From Dehalococcoidia bacterium (GTDB lineage Bacteria > Chloroflexota > Dehalococcoidia > UBA2979), in contig OZ244720.1 of NCBI GenBank assembly GCA_965219085.1, positions 1,920,001 to 1,984,000 on the forward strand: a stretch of 64,000 nt of DNA. Reading direction: 5' to 3'. Below are positions 40,124 through 51,495 of this stretch, piece by piece (within the stretch, counting starts at the first letter, position 1; each line of letters begins with the position of its first letter). The position numbers were made by a program, and so were the translations under genes. Below the pieces are notes generated by a model. That model saw only the letters and a list, made by a program, of their open reading frames with translations. It searched no databases and was not told the DNA's origin.

Positions 40124-41163
40124 ACTCCTCTTCTTTCGCTCGGGGAGGTCTCAGTTGCCCGAGCGTAGCTGCTGGATGGGTCGGGGGTGGGGCCAGTTCA
40201 GAGGATCAAAACGGCTCCAGATGGGGCCAAATCAGAGTAGCGTTCCCACTGGCGTACAGGCCGGCTGAGCGACCGCCCGAGTGCAGTCTGTGTGCGACCC
40301 AGCGTCTCCCCGGAAACCCTTGCAGGAAAAGGGTTTCCGCGCTGGGAGTCACGCGAGGCTCCGCCACGCGACGGCGTAGGCACCCCACTCCGGGCGCACC
40401 AGGACCGGAACCCTGTAGAGGTATGGAGTTGCCTGGGATGGAGCCTCCTCGATCTCCCCGTCCACTCCGCGCGAGCACCGTAGCGCGAAGCGCGATGGAA
40501 CAGCTTCGCTCACGACCATCACATAGACACGAACACCGATTCGGAAAGAGAAGACGGCGAGAAACGGGCAGGCGGTGATCTCGCACGAGGACACTGTCAT
40601 GCCCATGTTCACGCGGTGGGAGCAAGCTCTTCTTCCCGGCCCGCGTAGCCAGGGCTGACAACGCCCTTGCGCAATCGTTCCGGCCCATCTCACTCACGTG
40701 GCAACGTGATCCGGGGACCGCGGCCTCGGGTCGGATCGAGCCCCGATAAGTTCGGCTATTCGGCGCTCCGCCGCCCTCACAGCCGGTACTTGCAGCAAGT
40801 CGTCCAGCAACCCGGCTGCTACCAGGGCCGCGTGAGTGAGCGCCGACGCCGTTTGGGTGTGCCCGGGTGGGGCGGGTCGGTCGGGCTCAGTTCCGCCGCG
40901 ACGGCACGAGACGCAAGGGATCGGCGATGGCCGTCTCGCCCTCTGGGCTCGCGAGGCCAGTTCGAATGCCGTGGAGGCCTCGATGAGTCACGGCGCCTCG
41001 AACGCCCGACTGCGCTCGCCCCGTCACCGAGGACACGCGGGTCGATGACGGCCGAGAGCACGGCACCGTGTTTCTGGCCGCAGGCGCGGAAAACGCGCCG
41101 TGCCTGAGGCTGCGCGAAGCGCGCCACTGTCATCGTATAGTCAGCAGAAGGACGGAACGGACG

Positions 41164-41490
41164 ATGACGACCGCGACAGCCTATGGACCGATCGTGACCA
41201 GGATGGTCGAGCTCATTGCGGACGAGTTCGAACCCGAGCGGATTGTGTTGTTCGGATCCCGCGCACGCGGGGACGCGCGGCCCGACAGCGACGTCGACCT
41301 GCTGGTCGTCATGCCCGATGGAACCGATCAGACGCGCGCGACCACTGCGATGCACGCCCTGCTCCACACCATGCCGCTCCCGAAGGACATCGTCGTCTCC
41401 ACTCCGTCCGTGATCGCGCACCGCGGGCACATCAGGGGCAACGTCCTGTACGAAGGGTTGCGCGAAGGCGTTGTGCTTCATGAGCGGTGA
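41164..41490 (+). CDS. Minimal nucleotidyltransferase (MNT antitoxin)
   Basis: IVLFGSRARGDARPDSDVDLLVV. Confidence 0.9.
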   Translation: MTTATAYGPIVTRMVELIADEFEPERIVLFGSRARGDARPDSDVDLLVVMPDGTDQTRATTAMHALLHTMPLPKDIVVSTPSVIAHRGHIRGNVLYEGLREGVVLHER

Positions 41491-41893
41491 GGACCGCTCG
41501 GCGGAAGCTCTCCGCTGGCTGGAGTTCGCGCGTCGAGACCTCCGAATTGTAGCTGCGCTGCGCGCCGATCCGACGCTCTTCACCGCGGCATGCGTGCATG
41601 CACAGCAGGGCGCGGAGAAGTCGCTGAAGGCCGTGCTCGTGCTCCACGACTTGCCGGTGCCGTTCACGCACGACCTCGCGTACCTGCGCCGCCTAGTTGG
41701 AGACCACCTCCCGCCCGGACCCTCGCAGGATGACCTGGACCGCCTCAACCGCTGGGGCGCTGCGGCCCGCTACCCCGGGGACGCCACGGATGCGACGTCC
41801 GACGACATCGCGATCGCCGAGCGCGCCGCAGCCGCCGTCTTCGACCACGTCGCTACGGAGCTCGCGCGCGGCGGCTTGGTGTCAGACGGCTAA
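41480..41893 (+). CDS. HEPN domain protein (partner of MNT)
   Basis: WLEFARRDL, HAQQGAEKSLKAVL, FTHDL, ARYPG. Overlaps the MNT gene. Confidence 0.88.
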   Translation: MSGEDRSAEALRWLEFARRDLRIVAALRADPTLFTAACVHAQQGAEKSLKAVLVLHDLPVPFTHDLAYLRRLVGDHLPPGPSQDDLDRLNRWGAAARYPGDATDATSDDIAIAERAAAAVFDHVATELARGGLVSDG

Positions 41894-42205
41894 CGCCTCT
41901 TATCACCGAGTCGAGGCAACAGGTGCCGACCCCCTGAGTGAGAGCCCAGGCGGTCGGGGTGTCTGACGAGCGCGCCGCCGCCGGGAGCTGGGTCGCCGAT
42001 CCTGCGGCTGTGGAGTGAGGAGCGCGCCGCCGCTCCGCCCTTACTGGTACTTGTGGAGCGAGGTCGTCGCCGGCGGCCTCTCGTGTGCCGTCGACAAAGG
42101 CGACTGCCCTGTCACAGTCGCCGCAGTGGGGCGACCCCTATGGCCCGGCGTATGATCGCGGTCTCATGCGACGGTCGGCCTCCCTCGTCCGACAGGAACA
42201 CGCCC

Positions 42206-44660
42206 GTGGATGTCCATGCGACCCCGAGCCCGAGTTGCCCCACCCGCACCCTCGACGATGCACCCGCCGACAAGGACGATCTCGGATCGCACGAGCCCAT
42301 CGCCGCCGCCATTCACGAGTTGGTGATGGGCGAACCAGGTGGCCGCACGATCGGACTCGAGGGTCGCTGGGGCTCTGGGAAGTCCACGGTCGTCCGGCTG
42401 CTCGACGAGCGCATGCGTGGCCCCGACGCGCACGTTGTCGTCTTCGATGTTTGGGCGCACGAGGGCGATCCCTTGCGCCGCTCCTTTCTCGAGACGCTCA
42501 TCGACAGCCTGTGCGAGAAGCGGTGGATCGACTGCGAGGCGTGGCGCGCACGGCGCGAGAGCCTTGCCGTGCGGCGTCGCGTCGAGCACACGCGGCCAAG
42601 GATCACGAGGCCGGGCGTGGTCGCCAGCGCGGCGACGGCCCTCGTAGCGATCCTCGTGCCCACGGGTGTCGCGCTGCTCAGCGCCGGGCTGGCGGTGGGC
42701 GCATCCGGCATCTGGATCCCGGGTGCAGCGATCCTGTCGGTGCTCGTGCTCGCTGCGATTTTTCTCGCGGGACTGCTCCTGCTGCGCTGGCCGGACGCCA
42801 CCGGCGAATCCTGGCTCGTGCCGTTCTCGGTGCGGTCGGTTACCGAGTCCGACCGCGAGACGATCGAGACGCCGAACCCAACGTCGGTCGAATTCGAGCA
42901 GGTGTTTCGGGAGTTCATGGGCGACGCGCTCGGCGGCTGCCCCGAGAGGCGGCTCGCCCTCGTCGTCGACAACCTCGACCGCGTGGCGCCGGAGGATGCG
43001 CGCTCGGTCTGGGCGACGCTGCAGACGTTCCTGCACCACCCGCACGACCCGCGCGCGAGCTGGCTGCGCTCGCTCTGGGTCGTGCTGCCGTTTGATCGCG
43101 TCGGCATCAACCGCCTCTGGGACGGCTCGGGTGAGGCCGCAGACTCCTTCCTCGACAAGAGCATCCAGGTGCATTTCGAGGTGCCGTTGCCGCTGCTCAC
43201 CGACTGGCGCGAGTACCTCGCGTCGCTCCTGCACGACGCGCTCCCGGAGCACACCGCGCACGGCTACACGGTCTACCGCCTCTTCCAGTCCCGGCCGTCG
43301 CTCGGGAGAGGGCACCAAGTCCTCGCGAGTTGAAACTTTACGTCAACCGCATCGGCGCGCTACACCGGCGCTGGCAGCATGAGCTGTCGTTCGGGAGCCT
43401 CGCGTACTACGCAAGCCTCGGCAAGGTAGCTGATGACGTGGCTCAGGACTTGCGTAGGGATGGGTTCCCCACGCCTGACGTGACTCCGCTGCTCGACGCC
43501 CGCATCGAGGGGCATCTCGCCGCCCTCGCCTTCAACACTGCTCCAGAACGTGCGCTGCAGCTGCTGCACGGGCCCCGGATCGATAATGCTCTGATGCGTG
43601 AAGAGGCGGACGGGCTTCTCGATCTCGCCAGTCGGCCGGGATTCTGGGAGGCGCTCATGGGGTCGGCGTTCGCACGGGTGCCCTCGTCGGCGCCGCCCTC
43701 GCTGCTGCTCGCCGCCAGCCGCCTCGCGGAGATCCCGGAAAAGATCCGTCCCGCTGCCGAGTGGGGCGAGGTCACGGAGTTACTCGCCCGGGCCGGGCGC
43801 GAGGCAGACGGGTGGCCCACGCTGACTCCCGTGTCGGCCTCGCGCCTCTCGGACCTCCTCTCCCTCGTCGGCCAGCCCGCTGCGGAGGAGATCGCGGCGA
43901 GGGCCACAGCTGCGCCGCTCGCGGCGGGCAACGGTGCGGAATGGGCCGCGGGAGCGCACGCGCTCTTGAGCCGGTTCGAGTGGCTGACCGTGCGGGCATC
44001 TGGCGACCCGGAGGCGATCTGCGATGCCCTCGCCGCCTTCTCTCGGATCGCGGGCTGGGATCAATTCGTCGCGAGGCTCGCCGTAGAGCCGGACGACCGC
44101 GCCGCGCTCGACGCGACGCTCGTCGGACGGGTCGCTCAGGCGCCGGGGGAGGCCTTGCCCGCTCTCGATGTGCTCCGTCGTGCGGATACTAGCATCAAGT
44201 TGAAACCGTTTGCGCTGGTTGCTGCGAACTGGCTGCGTGACTCGCGGGGGAGGCCGCCCGAAACAAGCACGGGCGAGGCCAGGGGCCTGCTTGGAATCCT
44301 GCGCGCGGCTGTCGGTGGCTCACCGGAGGAGCGCAGGGACCTGGTCGGCAGGGGAGTGGCGTTCGAGTGCGCCAGCATCGCGAGTGCTCAGGGAGACGCC
44401 GCGGGCGCTCGGGGACTGGCTCTACGAGGTGCTGCGGTGGTCGACGCCAGAGGAGCGTGCGGCGTTCGCCCAGACGAATGAAGCGCGGCATGGGATGGAG
44501 CTACTCGCTGGCATGCTGGCGTAGCCATCGAGCGAGCTCGTCGGCCCGCTCGTGCAAGCGATCAGGCGCCTTCCCAACTTCGACTTCATCTCCGTGATCC
44601 GCGAACAGACCGGGGGCAAGCGCCTGGCGGCCGCCCTCACCGACGAACTCGAGATGACCT
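42206..44660 (+). pseudogene. KAP-family P-loop NTPase with two TM helices and a long helical C-terminus; frameshifts near 43290 and 44400
   Basis: Walker A GRWGSGKS, FDVWAHEGD, Walker B VVDNLDR, FLDKSIQVHF. PSPRELKLYVN lies in the next frame. Confidence 0.8.
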
Positions 44661-44661
44661 C

Positions 44662-45177
44662 CTAGAGCAGGTTGCTGTCAGCTTTGCGAAGGGTAGCGAT
44701 CAACTCCTCGAGGCGGTCGAATCGCTGATCCATCGTCGCGAACACCCCTGCGATCGCGGCTGCTTGAGCGGATGCCGCGTCACCATATGCCTTGATGAAC
44801 TCATCCCTGTCGAAGGTGGCCGCCGCAGCAATCGTCGGATTCCGCTCGCGCGTCGTGCCGCACAGATCGAGCACGTGAGCGACCCCGTACCAGTCATGTA
44901 CCTCGTAGGCCTCGAAGCGGTCAGCCATACGCCAGTACGACGTGAACCGCTTCAGGGCCTCGAACAACTCGGGCCGAGCCAGTGGCCCCTCGGGCTTGAT
45001 GTGCAAGGGGTAGTCGGCGTACTTCGTCGAGTCTGGCGCATACAGCACGGCGGTGTTCTGCCGCAGGCGCTGAGGGTAGAGGTACGCGTAGCTGTTGTCC
45101 TTCGGATCGCTGCCGTAGCATCCGGGCGTGCCTCGCAGAGCCGCGTACACTGTCTGATGTGTCCACCGCTCGCTCAC
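44662..45177 (-). CDS. Hypothetical protein
   Basis: Protein-like composition (Tyr/Asp/Lys-rich, C-terminal coiled coil). No motif recognised. Start GTG 45177 assumed. Confidence 0.6.
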   Translation of the reverse strand: MSERWTHQTVYAALRGTPGCYGSDPKDNSYAYLYPQRLRQNTAVLYAPDSTKYADYPLHIKPEGPLARPELFEALKRFTSYWRMADRFEAYEVHDWYGVAHVLDLCGTTRERNPTIAAAATFDRDEFIKAYGDAASAQAAAIAGVFATMDQRFDRLEELIATLRKADSNLL

Positions 45178-45428
45178 GATGCGTCCCCTGGAGATACGAG
45201 CCGTCCTTCCGTCGCGGGGCACACGCAGGCCACAGAGCCTCGTCTACGTCGGTGGATGACCGACCCCCTTTGCCTCGCGATCATGGCTTCGTTCGCAGCC
45301 TCGCTTGCCGAACATCGTACCAGCAGGAACAGGCACCGCTCCATGAACCGGCTCGTCGCTGGTGCGCAACTTGGGCGGCCCCTGGCGCTTCCCGAGGGGG
45401 TCCCCGGCGTCGCATGGCGGGTCCCCGT

Positions 45429-47822
45429 TCACTCCACGCTCAGGCTTCTCGCCTCTTCCGCATACAGTTCGGCTCCGTGCTCACCAAACAGCACGGCCGC
45501 GCGATGAGCTATCGCTCTGGCGGCACGGCCCTTTCGTTCTGCATGCGCCAGGCGAGCCAGACCGAGCAGGCAGCGCCCCTCCTCGACCGGGAGACCCTCG
45601 CGGCCGGCCCAGTCGCGGCCCGCGACGTAGTGGCGCTCCGCCTCAGCCGGCATGCCGAGCCGCTCGGCGAGTGCGCCGCGGATGACGTCCGAGCCTCGTC
45701 CGCCGAAGCGCGCCCAGGGTCTGGCCTCCAGCTCCTCATACAGTTCCCGGCAGGCCACCTCGGTACCGAGCGATGCCACGGCGGTGTCGATCTCGGAGAG
45801 CGTTGAGGATCCGAAGTCGCCGCCGCGACGGAGCCCGGGCTGTGCATCGAACGCGCGATACCACTCGATGATCTCCTGCCTCGCCTCGTGGAGGCGGCCC
45901 GCGTTGCAAAGGACGCGAGCACGTGCCCCGTGGATGTAGGCGAGGTAGGCGGGGATGGTTCCGGCCGACTCGGGATCAGGCATCAGCCTCACGGCGCGAT
46001 CGAACTCCGCACGGAGCTCGGCGCGCGTCATCTCGTGCGGGTGACTCACCACGTCCGGTCTGGATCCGAGCTCGTCGATGATAGCGTCGAGACGCTCCCA
46101 ATCGCAGCGGGCGAAGACGATGTTCCCCACGCGAGATAGCAGCCTTGGGGTGTAGAACGCGAGCCGGTGCGTTCGTGCGAACTCGTAGCCGGTGAGAAAG
46201 GTCCGCTCTGCGAGGGAGATCTCCCCGCCCCACATCTCCACGGACCCTGCTTCCAGCAGCATGCGTGACGCGGTTACGATCCGACCGACGGCCGCAAGCG
46301 CGGTGTGCGCGCGCCTCCTGCGTGCGCCGATCTCGACCACCTCGCCGGCCTGGTAGAGATCCCAGCTCATGTGTGTGGCAGCCAGGAGTGCAAGCACGTT
46401 GTCGACGCCGTGTTCGTCCGCGAGCCACAGCGCCTCCGCGGCTCGCGTCCTGCCACGTTCCCCGTGTTCCCACTCCGAGAACCAGGCGAGGAGGCGCGCG
46501 CGGAGCACGGGATCGCCGTCGCCGAGTGCGGTCAGGGCCTGCTCGGCCACCGCGCTGGTTCGCTGGTAGGGGGCGTTCATCTCTGTGAGCTCGAGGGCGC
46601 CGCGAGCCATCTGGACGCCGGAGCCTCGCTCGGCACCGAGGTCGAAAGCGCGACGGAGCTCGCGCCAGGCGGGGCGCCAGTCGGCGGCGTTGCGCAGGCA
46701 GACACCCCGAGCGAGCCGGAGCTCGAACTCATCGAGGATCTGCGGCCGGGACTCCGCCTCCCAGGCGATCAGGCATGCGCCGTAGTGCGAGGCCGGCTCT
46801 TTCCACAGCGAGCGGGCCTCGGCGCGACGAGCCAGCCTGAGCTCGGTTTCGACGCGCTCCGCATTGCCCTGCCCCGAGATCGTTCCCGCGCGCGGCGGCC
46901 GCGGCTCGGTCGACCGACTCTCGCCGCGCTGGCCCAGATCGAGATCGAGTACGAGTCGCGTGAAGGCGTGGGCGCGAGGCTCGGAGGCGCGACTCGGGGG
47001 GCGTGCAGCGATCAGTGGAAGCTCCGCCACCTGGACGCCGCGCGCGTACTCCATCTTCCGCCCTCCGTCGCTCTCGGCGACGGCGGGCGGCAGCACACTC
47101 CAGCCAAAGCCAAGCGATACGAGTTGCCGCAGCACCTCCGGGTTGTTGCTTTCGATCGAGACGCGCGGGCTGATGCCGAGTCGGGCGAGACCCTCGTCGA
47201 TGATCCGCCTCGTCCGCGACCCGGCCGGGTAGAGGATCCATTCTGCCTCGTCGAGCTCCTGCCACGGGCCTGGAGGCGCGTAGATGTGCAGGGGGTCGCG
47301 GCGTATCTCGGTCGGCGCTAGCTCCTCCTCCACCGGTCCGATCACGAAGGCGAGATCGAGCTCGAAGGCGCGGAGCCGGCGCAGCAGCACCGAGCTGCTC
47401 TCGACCGCCAGCGTCAGTTGCACGCCGGGGTGAGCGCGCCGGTAGGCGCGTACGGCCTCGGGTAGCACGTGGAGGGCCGCGGCGTCGACGGCGCCCACGA
47501 CCAGGCGGCCGCGCGTGCCGCTGAGTCCGCCGCGCAGGCGCTCGTCGAGGTCGGCGGCTTCGGCGAGCACACGCTCGGCAAAACGCAGCACCTCGCGCCC
47601 GTCCTGGCTGAGCGCGCGCCCGCGGCCCGCACCGTCGAAGAGGGTCACGCCGAGCCGGCGCTCGAGCTGACGGAGGGAGTGCGAGAGCGCGGACTGGGTC
47701 ATCTCGAGCTGCTCTGCTGCGCGTGTGAGGCTGCCGTGCCGGTCCACCTCCCGGAGGTAGAGCAGCTGTTGCAGGTCGAGGGAGGACGGGCGTGGCCGCG
47801 ACGACTCCTCTGGGTGCGTCAC
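45429..47822 (-). CDS. LysR-family regulator fused to a long TPR-like helical domain
   Basis: LDLQQLLYL...GSLTRAAEQLEMTQSALSHSLRQLERRLGVTLF, full LysR substrate-binding domain, then ~480 aa Ala/Arg/Glu helical repeats. Confidence 0.85.
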   Translation of the reverse strand: MTHPEESSRPRPSSLDLQQLLYLREVDRHGSLTRAAEQLEMTQSALSHSLRQLERRLGVTLFDGAGRGRALSQDGREVLRFAERVLAEAADLDERLRGGLSGTRGRLVVGAVDAAALHVLPEAVRAYRRAHPGVQLTLAVESSSVLLRRLRAFELDLAFVIGPVEEELAPTEIRRDPLHIYAPPGPWQELDEAEWILYPAGSRTRRIIDEGLARLGISPRVSIESNNPEVLRQLVSLGFGWSVLPPAVAESDGGRKMEYARGVQVAELPLIAARPPSRASEPRAHAFTRLVLDLDLGQRGESRSTEPRPPRAGTISGQGNAERVETELRLARRAEARSLWKEPASHYGACLIAWEAESRPQILDEFELRLARGVCLRNAADWRPAWRELRRAFDLGAERGSGVQMARGALELTEMNAPYQRTSAVAEQALTALGDGDPVLRARLLAWFSEWEHGERGRTRAAEALWLADEHGVDNVLALLAATHMSWDLYQAGEVVEIGARRRRAHTALAAVGRIVTASRMLLEAGSVEMWGGEISLAERTFLTGYEFARTHRLAFYTPRLLSRVGNIVFARCDWERLDAIIDELGSRPDVVSHPHEMTRAELRAEFDRAVRLMPDPESAGTIPAYLAYIHGARARVLCNAGRLHEARQEIIEWYRAFDAQPGLRRGGDFGSSTLSEIDTAVASLGTEVACRELYEELEARPWARFGGRGSDVIRGALAERLGMPAEAERHYVAGRDWAGREGLPVEEGRCLLGLARLAHAERKGRAARAIAHRAAVLFGEHGAELYAEEARSLSVE

Positions 47823-47834
47823 CGGGTCTCGTGT

Positions 47835-47849
47835 ATGAGCGTCTCTCAT
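47835..47849. promoter_or_regulatory. Putative LysR binding site (T-N11-A)
   Basis: ATGAG-cgtct-CTCAT between the divergent LysR and ABC genes. Confidence 0.6.
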
Positions 47850-47928
47850 GGCCAGCATGAGGATTATTAGATTGTGTATCGCTCCAACGTCACTCTAGGG
47901 TGATTGCCAGGCCGGTGACCAGCGTTGG

Positions 47929-48753
47929 GTGGATATCGTGTCCGTGTTGGCCCGAGGAGTGGCGCCACCGACCAGGCACGCTCGCGTCTTCCTGATCGCA
48001 CTGGTCTCACAGTCGCTCGTGATGCAGAGTCGCTCGGCGTTCGTCTCCACGTTCTTCAACCGCGTCCCGCGCTTCGCGGTGCTCGCGTGGATTGCCGCGC
48101 AGAGTGACGACTCGACCGTCGTGGCAACCGTCTCGGTCGGCATCGTGCTGCTCGTGATCTGGACTGCGGCGGTCTTCCGTGTCGGTTTCGCGCTGCGCAC
48201 CGAAGCCGTGCTCGGCACGCTCGACCTGAACATGCTGTCGCGCTCGCCGCTGGCCCTGATCACCCTCGGGAAGGCCGCGGCCGTCACGCTCTCGTTCGTT
48301 CCGAACGCCGTCGTCGCGTTGCTCGTCGTGCTGGCTGTGACCGGGGAACCGGTCGCCGTCGCGATGCTCCCCGCGTTCGTCGTGGCGATGACGCTCGCGC
48401 TCGCGGCGCTGCTCTCCGTCGCGTTCATCTTCGTGCCGACGACGTTCATGGTCGGGAGCCGTGCGGGCTCGTTCAATGCGATCACGCCGTTCGGCGCGGT
48501 GCTGTCGGGGTTTGTCTATCCGCTCGACGTGCTGCCCGGCTGGCTCGAGCTCGCAGCGCGTGCGCTCCCGACTTCCTGGGCGATGGAGACGGTGCGCTGG
48601 GCGATCTTCGGCGGCCACTCCGCTGCCGACTTCGCAACTCACTGGGCGGTTGCCGCGGCGCTGACGGCGCTCTACGTCGCAGCAGCGGTGTGGCTCTTTG
48701 GTGTCGCCGAGACCCGGATCCGCCGCACGGGCAGCGTCGAGGGGGGTTTCTAG
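47929..48753 (+). CDS. ABC-2 type exporter permease
   Basis: Six hydrophobic segments; LSGFVYPLDVLPGWL...LPTSWA. Confidence 0.88.
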   Translation: MDIVSVLARGVAPPTRHARVFLIALVSQSLVMQSRSAFVSTFFNRVPRFAVLAWIAAQSDDSTVVATVSVGIVLLVIWTAAVFRVGFALRTEAVLGTLDLNMLSRSPLALITLGKAAAVTLSFVPNAVVALLVVLAVTGEPVAVAMLPAFVVAMTLALAALLSVAFIFVPTTFMVGSRAGSFNAITPFGAVLSGFVYPLDVLPGWLELAARALPTSWAMETVRWAIFGGHSAADFATHWAVAAALTALYVAAAVWLFGVAETRIRRTGSVEGGF

Positions 48754-48755
48754 AG

Positions 48756-49536
48756 ATGCGCTCCCTCGCCCTGCAATCGCGCTTTGCCTATGTGGCGCTT
48801 CTACTGGCTCCACCCGTGGGGCTACGTCTCGAACGTCTTTATCGCGCCGCTCTTCCAACTCCTCGTCTTCGCGCTCGTCGCTACGTATGCGACCGGCGAG
48901 GCATCGGCGCAGCGATTCATGGTCGGGATGGTTGCGTACGCCGTGGCCGTGATCGTGCCCTCGGGCATCGTCCAATCGTTTGCCTACGACCGAGAGCTCG
49001 GCACGCTCTCCTTCCTCTTCGCCACCCGTGTCTCGCGACTGGGCGCCCTCGTCAGTCGTGGCACGCTGCACTTCCCGAACGGGGTCATCAGCGGCCTGGC
49101 GACGATTGCGCTGGCGGCGCTGTTCGTCGACCTCGATGTCTCGCGGCTCGAGTGGGGAGCGGCCATCGTTGCGCTGGTGGTGATGTCGCTCGCGTGCACG
49201 ACCTTGTCCCTGCTGGTGGGGTGCTGGGCGGCCATGATGCAAGACTGGTTCATCCCCAACGCCACGGCGCAGGCGCTGCTGGTGGCGTTCACGGGCATCC
49301 TCGTGCCGACAGGCGATCTGCCGCCCATCGCATCGGAGGTCGGGACCCTGCTGCCGCTCACCCACGGGGTCGAGGCGCTGCGGCAGGCGTTCGCCGGCGC
49401 CTCCGTCGCGGACGGCGCGGGCCAACTCGCGCGCGAAGGTCTCGTCGCGCTGGGCTACGGCATTGCCGGCTACGTTGCGTTTCGCCTCATGGAGCGGCAC
49501 GCGCGACGCTCCGGCGCCTTCGAACTGGGAATCTAA
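48756..49536 (+). pseudogene. ABC-2 type exporter permease, frameshift near 48797
   Basis: ATG 48756 gives MRSLALQSRFAYVA, then shifts to FYWLHP...DRELGTL...LPLTHGVEALR. Confidence 0.75.
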
Positions 49537-49537
49537 C

Positions 49538-50524
49538 GTGAGCAGCACCGCGATGCCCGAGACCGCGATCGAATGCTGGGACCTCGGGCGCCGTTACGAG
49601 TCGCGCGGGCTGCTCGGGCGGCGCAGCGAGACGGTCGCGCTCGACGGGCTCACGCTCGAGATCCCGCGCGGCGTGGTCTTCCGGCTCCTCGGACCCAACG
49701 GCGCCGGCAAGACAACCACGGTGCGTATCCTCTCGACGCTGCTGCTGCCCAGTTCGGGCTCCGCGCGCGTCCTGGGCCACGACGTGGAGCGCGAGGCGGG
49801 CGAGGTGCGGAAGCACATCGGGCTCGCCCTCGGTGGGGAGCGCGGCCTCTACGGCCGTCTCTCCGGCCGCGACAACCTGCGCTACTTCGGTGCGCTCCAG
49901 CACCTGGCCCGTCGTGACGCCGGGCGTCGCATCGAAGAAGTGTTGGCACTGGTGGGGCTGACGGAGGCGGGCGGCACGCTCGTCGAACGCTACTCGCGCG
50001 GGATGCGACAGCGGCTGCAGATCGGCCGCGCACTGCTTGCCGAGCCCGAGGTGATCTTCCTCGACGAGCCGACGATCGGGCTGGACCCGCAGGGCGCGCA
50101 CGAATTCCGCACACTCGTACTGGAGCTCGCCGCGGCGGGGGCGACCGTGCTGCTCACCTCGCACTACATGCTGGAGGTCGACCAGCTCTGCGACACGATC
50201 TGCGTGATCAGCGACGGTCGCGAGGTGGCGCGCGGCAGCCCCGCGGCGATCAAGCGCCGCTTCGGCCGCTCGTCGGTGATCGACGTGCTCCTCGGTGAGC
50301 TGCGGGACGGGCTGGCCGAGGAGCTGGAGCGGCTTCCGGCCGTGCAGCGCGCCGAGGTCACGAGTGATGGCGGCACCCACCGCGCGACGGTCCACCACGC
50401 CCCGGAGACGAACGTCGGCGCCGAGGTGACGCGCATCATCGGCTCAGCGCACGTGCTGCACATGACCACGCGCGAGCCCACGCTCGAGGAGGCGTACCTC
50501 GAACTCATCAGCCGCGAGAGTTGA
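49538..50524 (+). CDS. ABC exporter ATP-binding subunit (DrrA-like)
   Basis: GPNGAGKTT, YSRGMRQR, IFLDEPT, TSH, EPTLEEAY. Confidence 0.93.
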   Translation: MSSTAMPETAIECWDLGRRYESRGLLGRRSETVALDGLTLEIPRGVVFRLLGPNGAGKTTTVRILSTLLLPSSGSARVLGHDVEREAGEVRKHIGLALGGERGLYGRLSGRDNLRYFGALQHLARRDAGRRIEEVLALVGLTEAGGTLVERYSRGMRQRLQIGRALLAEPEVIFLDEPTIGLDPQGAHEFRTLVLELAAAGATVLLTSHYMLEVDQLCDTICVISDGREVARGSPAAIKRRFGRSSVIDVLLGELRDGLAEELERLPAVQRAEVTSDGGTHRATVHHAPETNVGAEVTRIIGSAHVLHMTTREPTLEEAYLELISRES

Positions 50525-51495
50525 GCAGGGTGGCGCTGTCCCGGGACTCCGCTCCGGACAGGCTCGCTCAGCACGATGACCGTCGTCGCGCTCCCGGTGC
50601 TCGCGCCCACTCGCGGTCGGTCGCCGCCAGGCGGCCGCGTGCCGAGCCGCCGAACCACGTCTCGGCGCTAGATTCCCAGTTCGACTAGACTGTAGACAGG
50701 CGGGTCCTGAAGCTGGTCAACATCGTTGACGAGCACACGCGCGAGGCGCTGGCGATGGTGGCCGTGCAGGCGCATCGGCGCCGACGCCACCGCCTCAACG
50801 CTCGAGCGGATCGTGGCCTGGCGCGGGACGGCGCCTAGCAGGGTGCTGAAAAAGGCGCGGCCATCTGGCAGGATGGGGCTGGCGGCGGGGGCATAGCCTG
50901 GGAGGCAGCCCCGTGCGAGGTGACGCCGAGCGCCAGACCAACATGTTGCTGGCGGTGACGCCGGACTCGTTTGTCCCGGCCGAGCACCCGATCCGCCGCA
51001 TCAAGCCGATCGTCGACGCAGCGCTGGCCCGGCTCTCGCCGCTGTTCGACACGATGTACGCCAGGGGCGGCCGGCCCTCGATCCCGCCCGAGCACCTGCT
51101 CAAGGCGAGCCTGCTGATCGCGCTCTACTCGATCCGCAGCGAGCGCCAGTTCTGCGAGCGGCTGCGCTACGACCTGCTGTTCAAGTGGTTCTTGGACCTC
51201 AACATCTCAGACGAACCGTTCGATGCCTCGAGCTTCTCGAAGAACCGCGAGCGCCTGCTCGCAGCGGACGCCGCGCATGCCTTCTTCGCCGAGGTGGTGG
51301 CCGAGGCAAAGCGCCGCCGGCTGCTCTCCGCCGAGCACTGCACGGTGGACGGGACGCTGCTCGAGGCCTGGGCCTCACTCAAGAGATGGCATGAGGGCCG
51401 GTCTCTTCCTCAAGGGGGATACTCGCCCCCGAAACAGCGGCCTCGATGGGCCAGAACGGCTCTTTGCGGAGCTTTGACGAGGTAGGAGACCGGCC

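Larger units (their letters stand above)
37751..40248 (-). mobile_element. IS21-family element
   Basis: TG...CA termini (TGGGAA / TTCCCA), internal repeats tggccccac, 6-bp direct repeat CTGGCG at 37745-37750 and 40249-40254. Confidence 0.92.
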
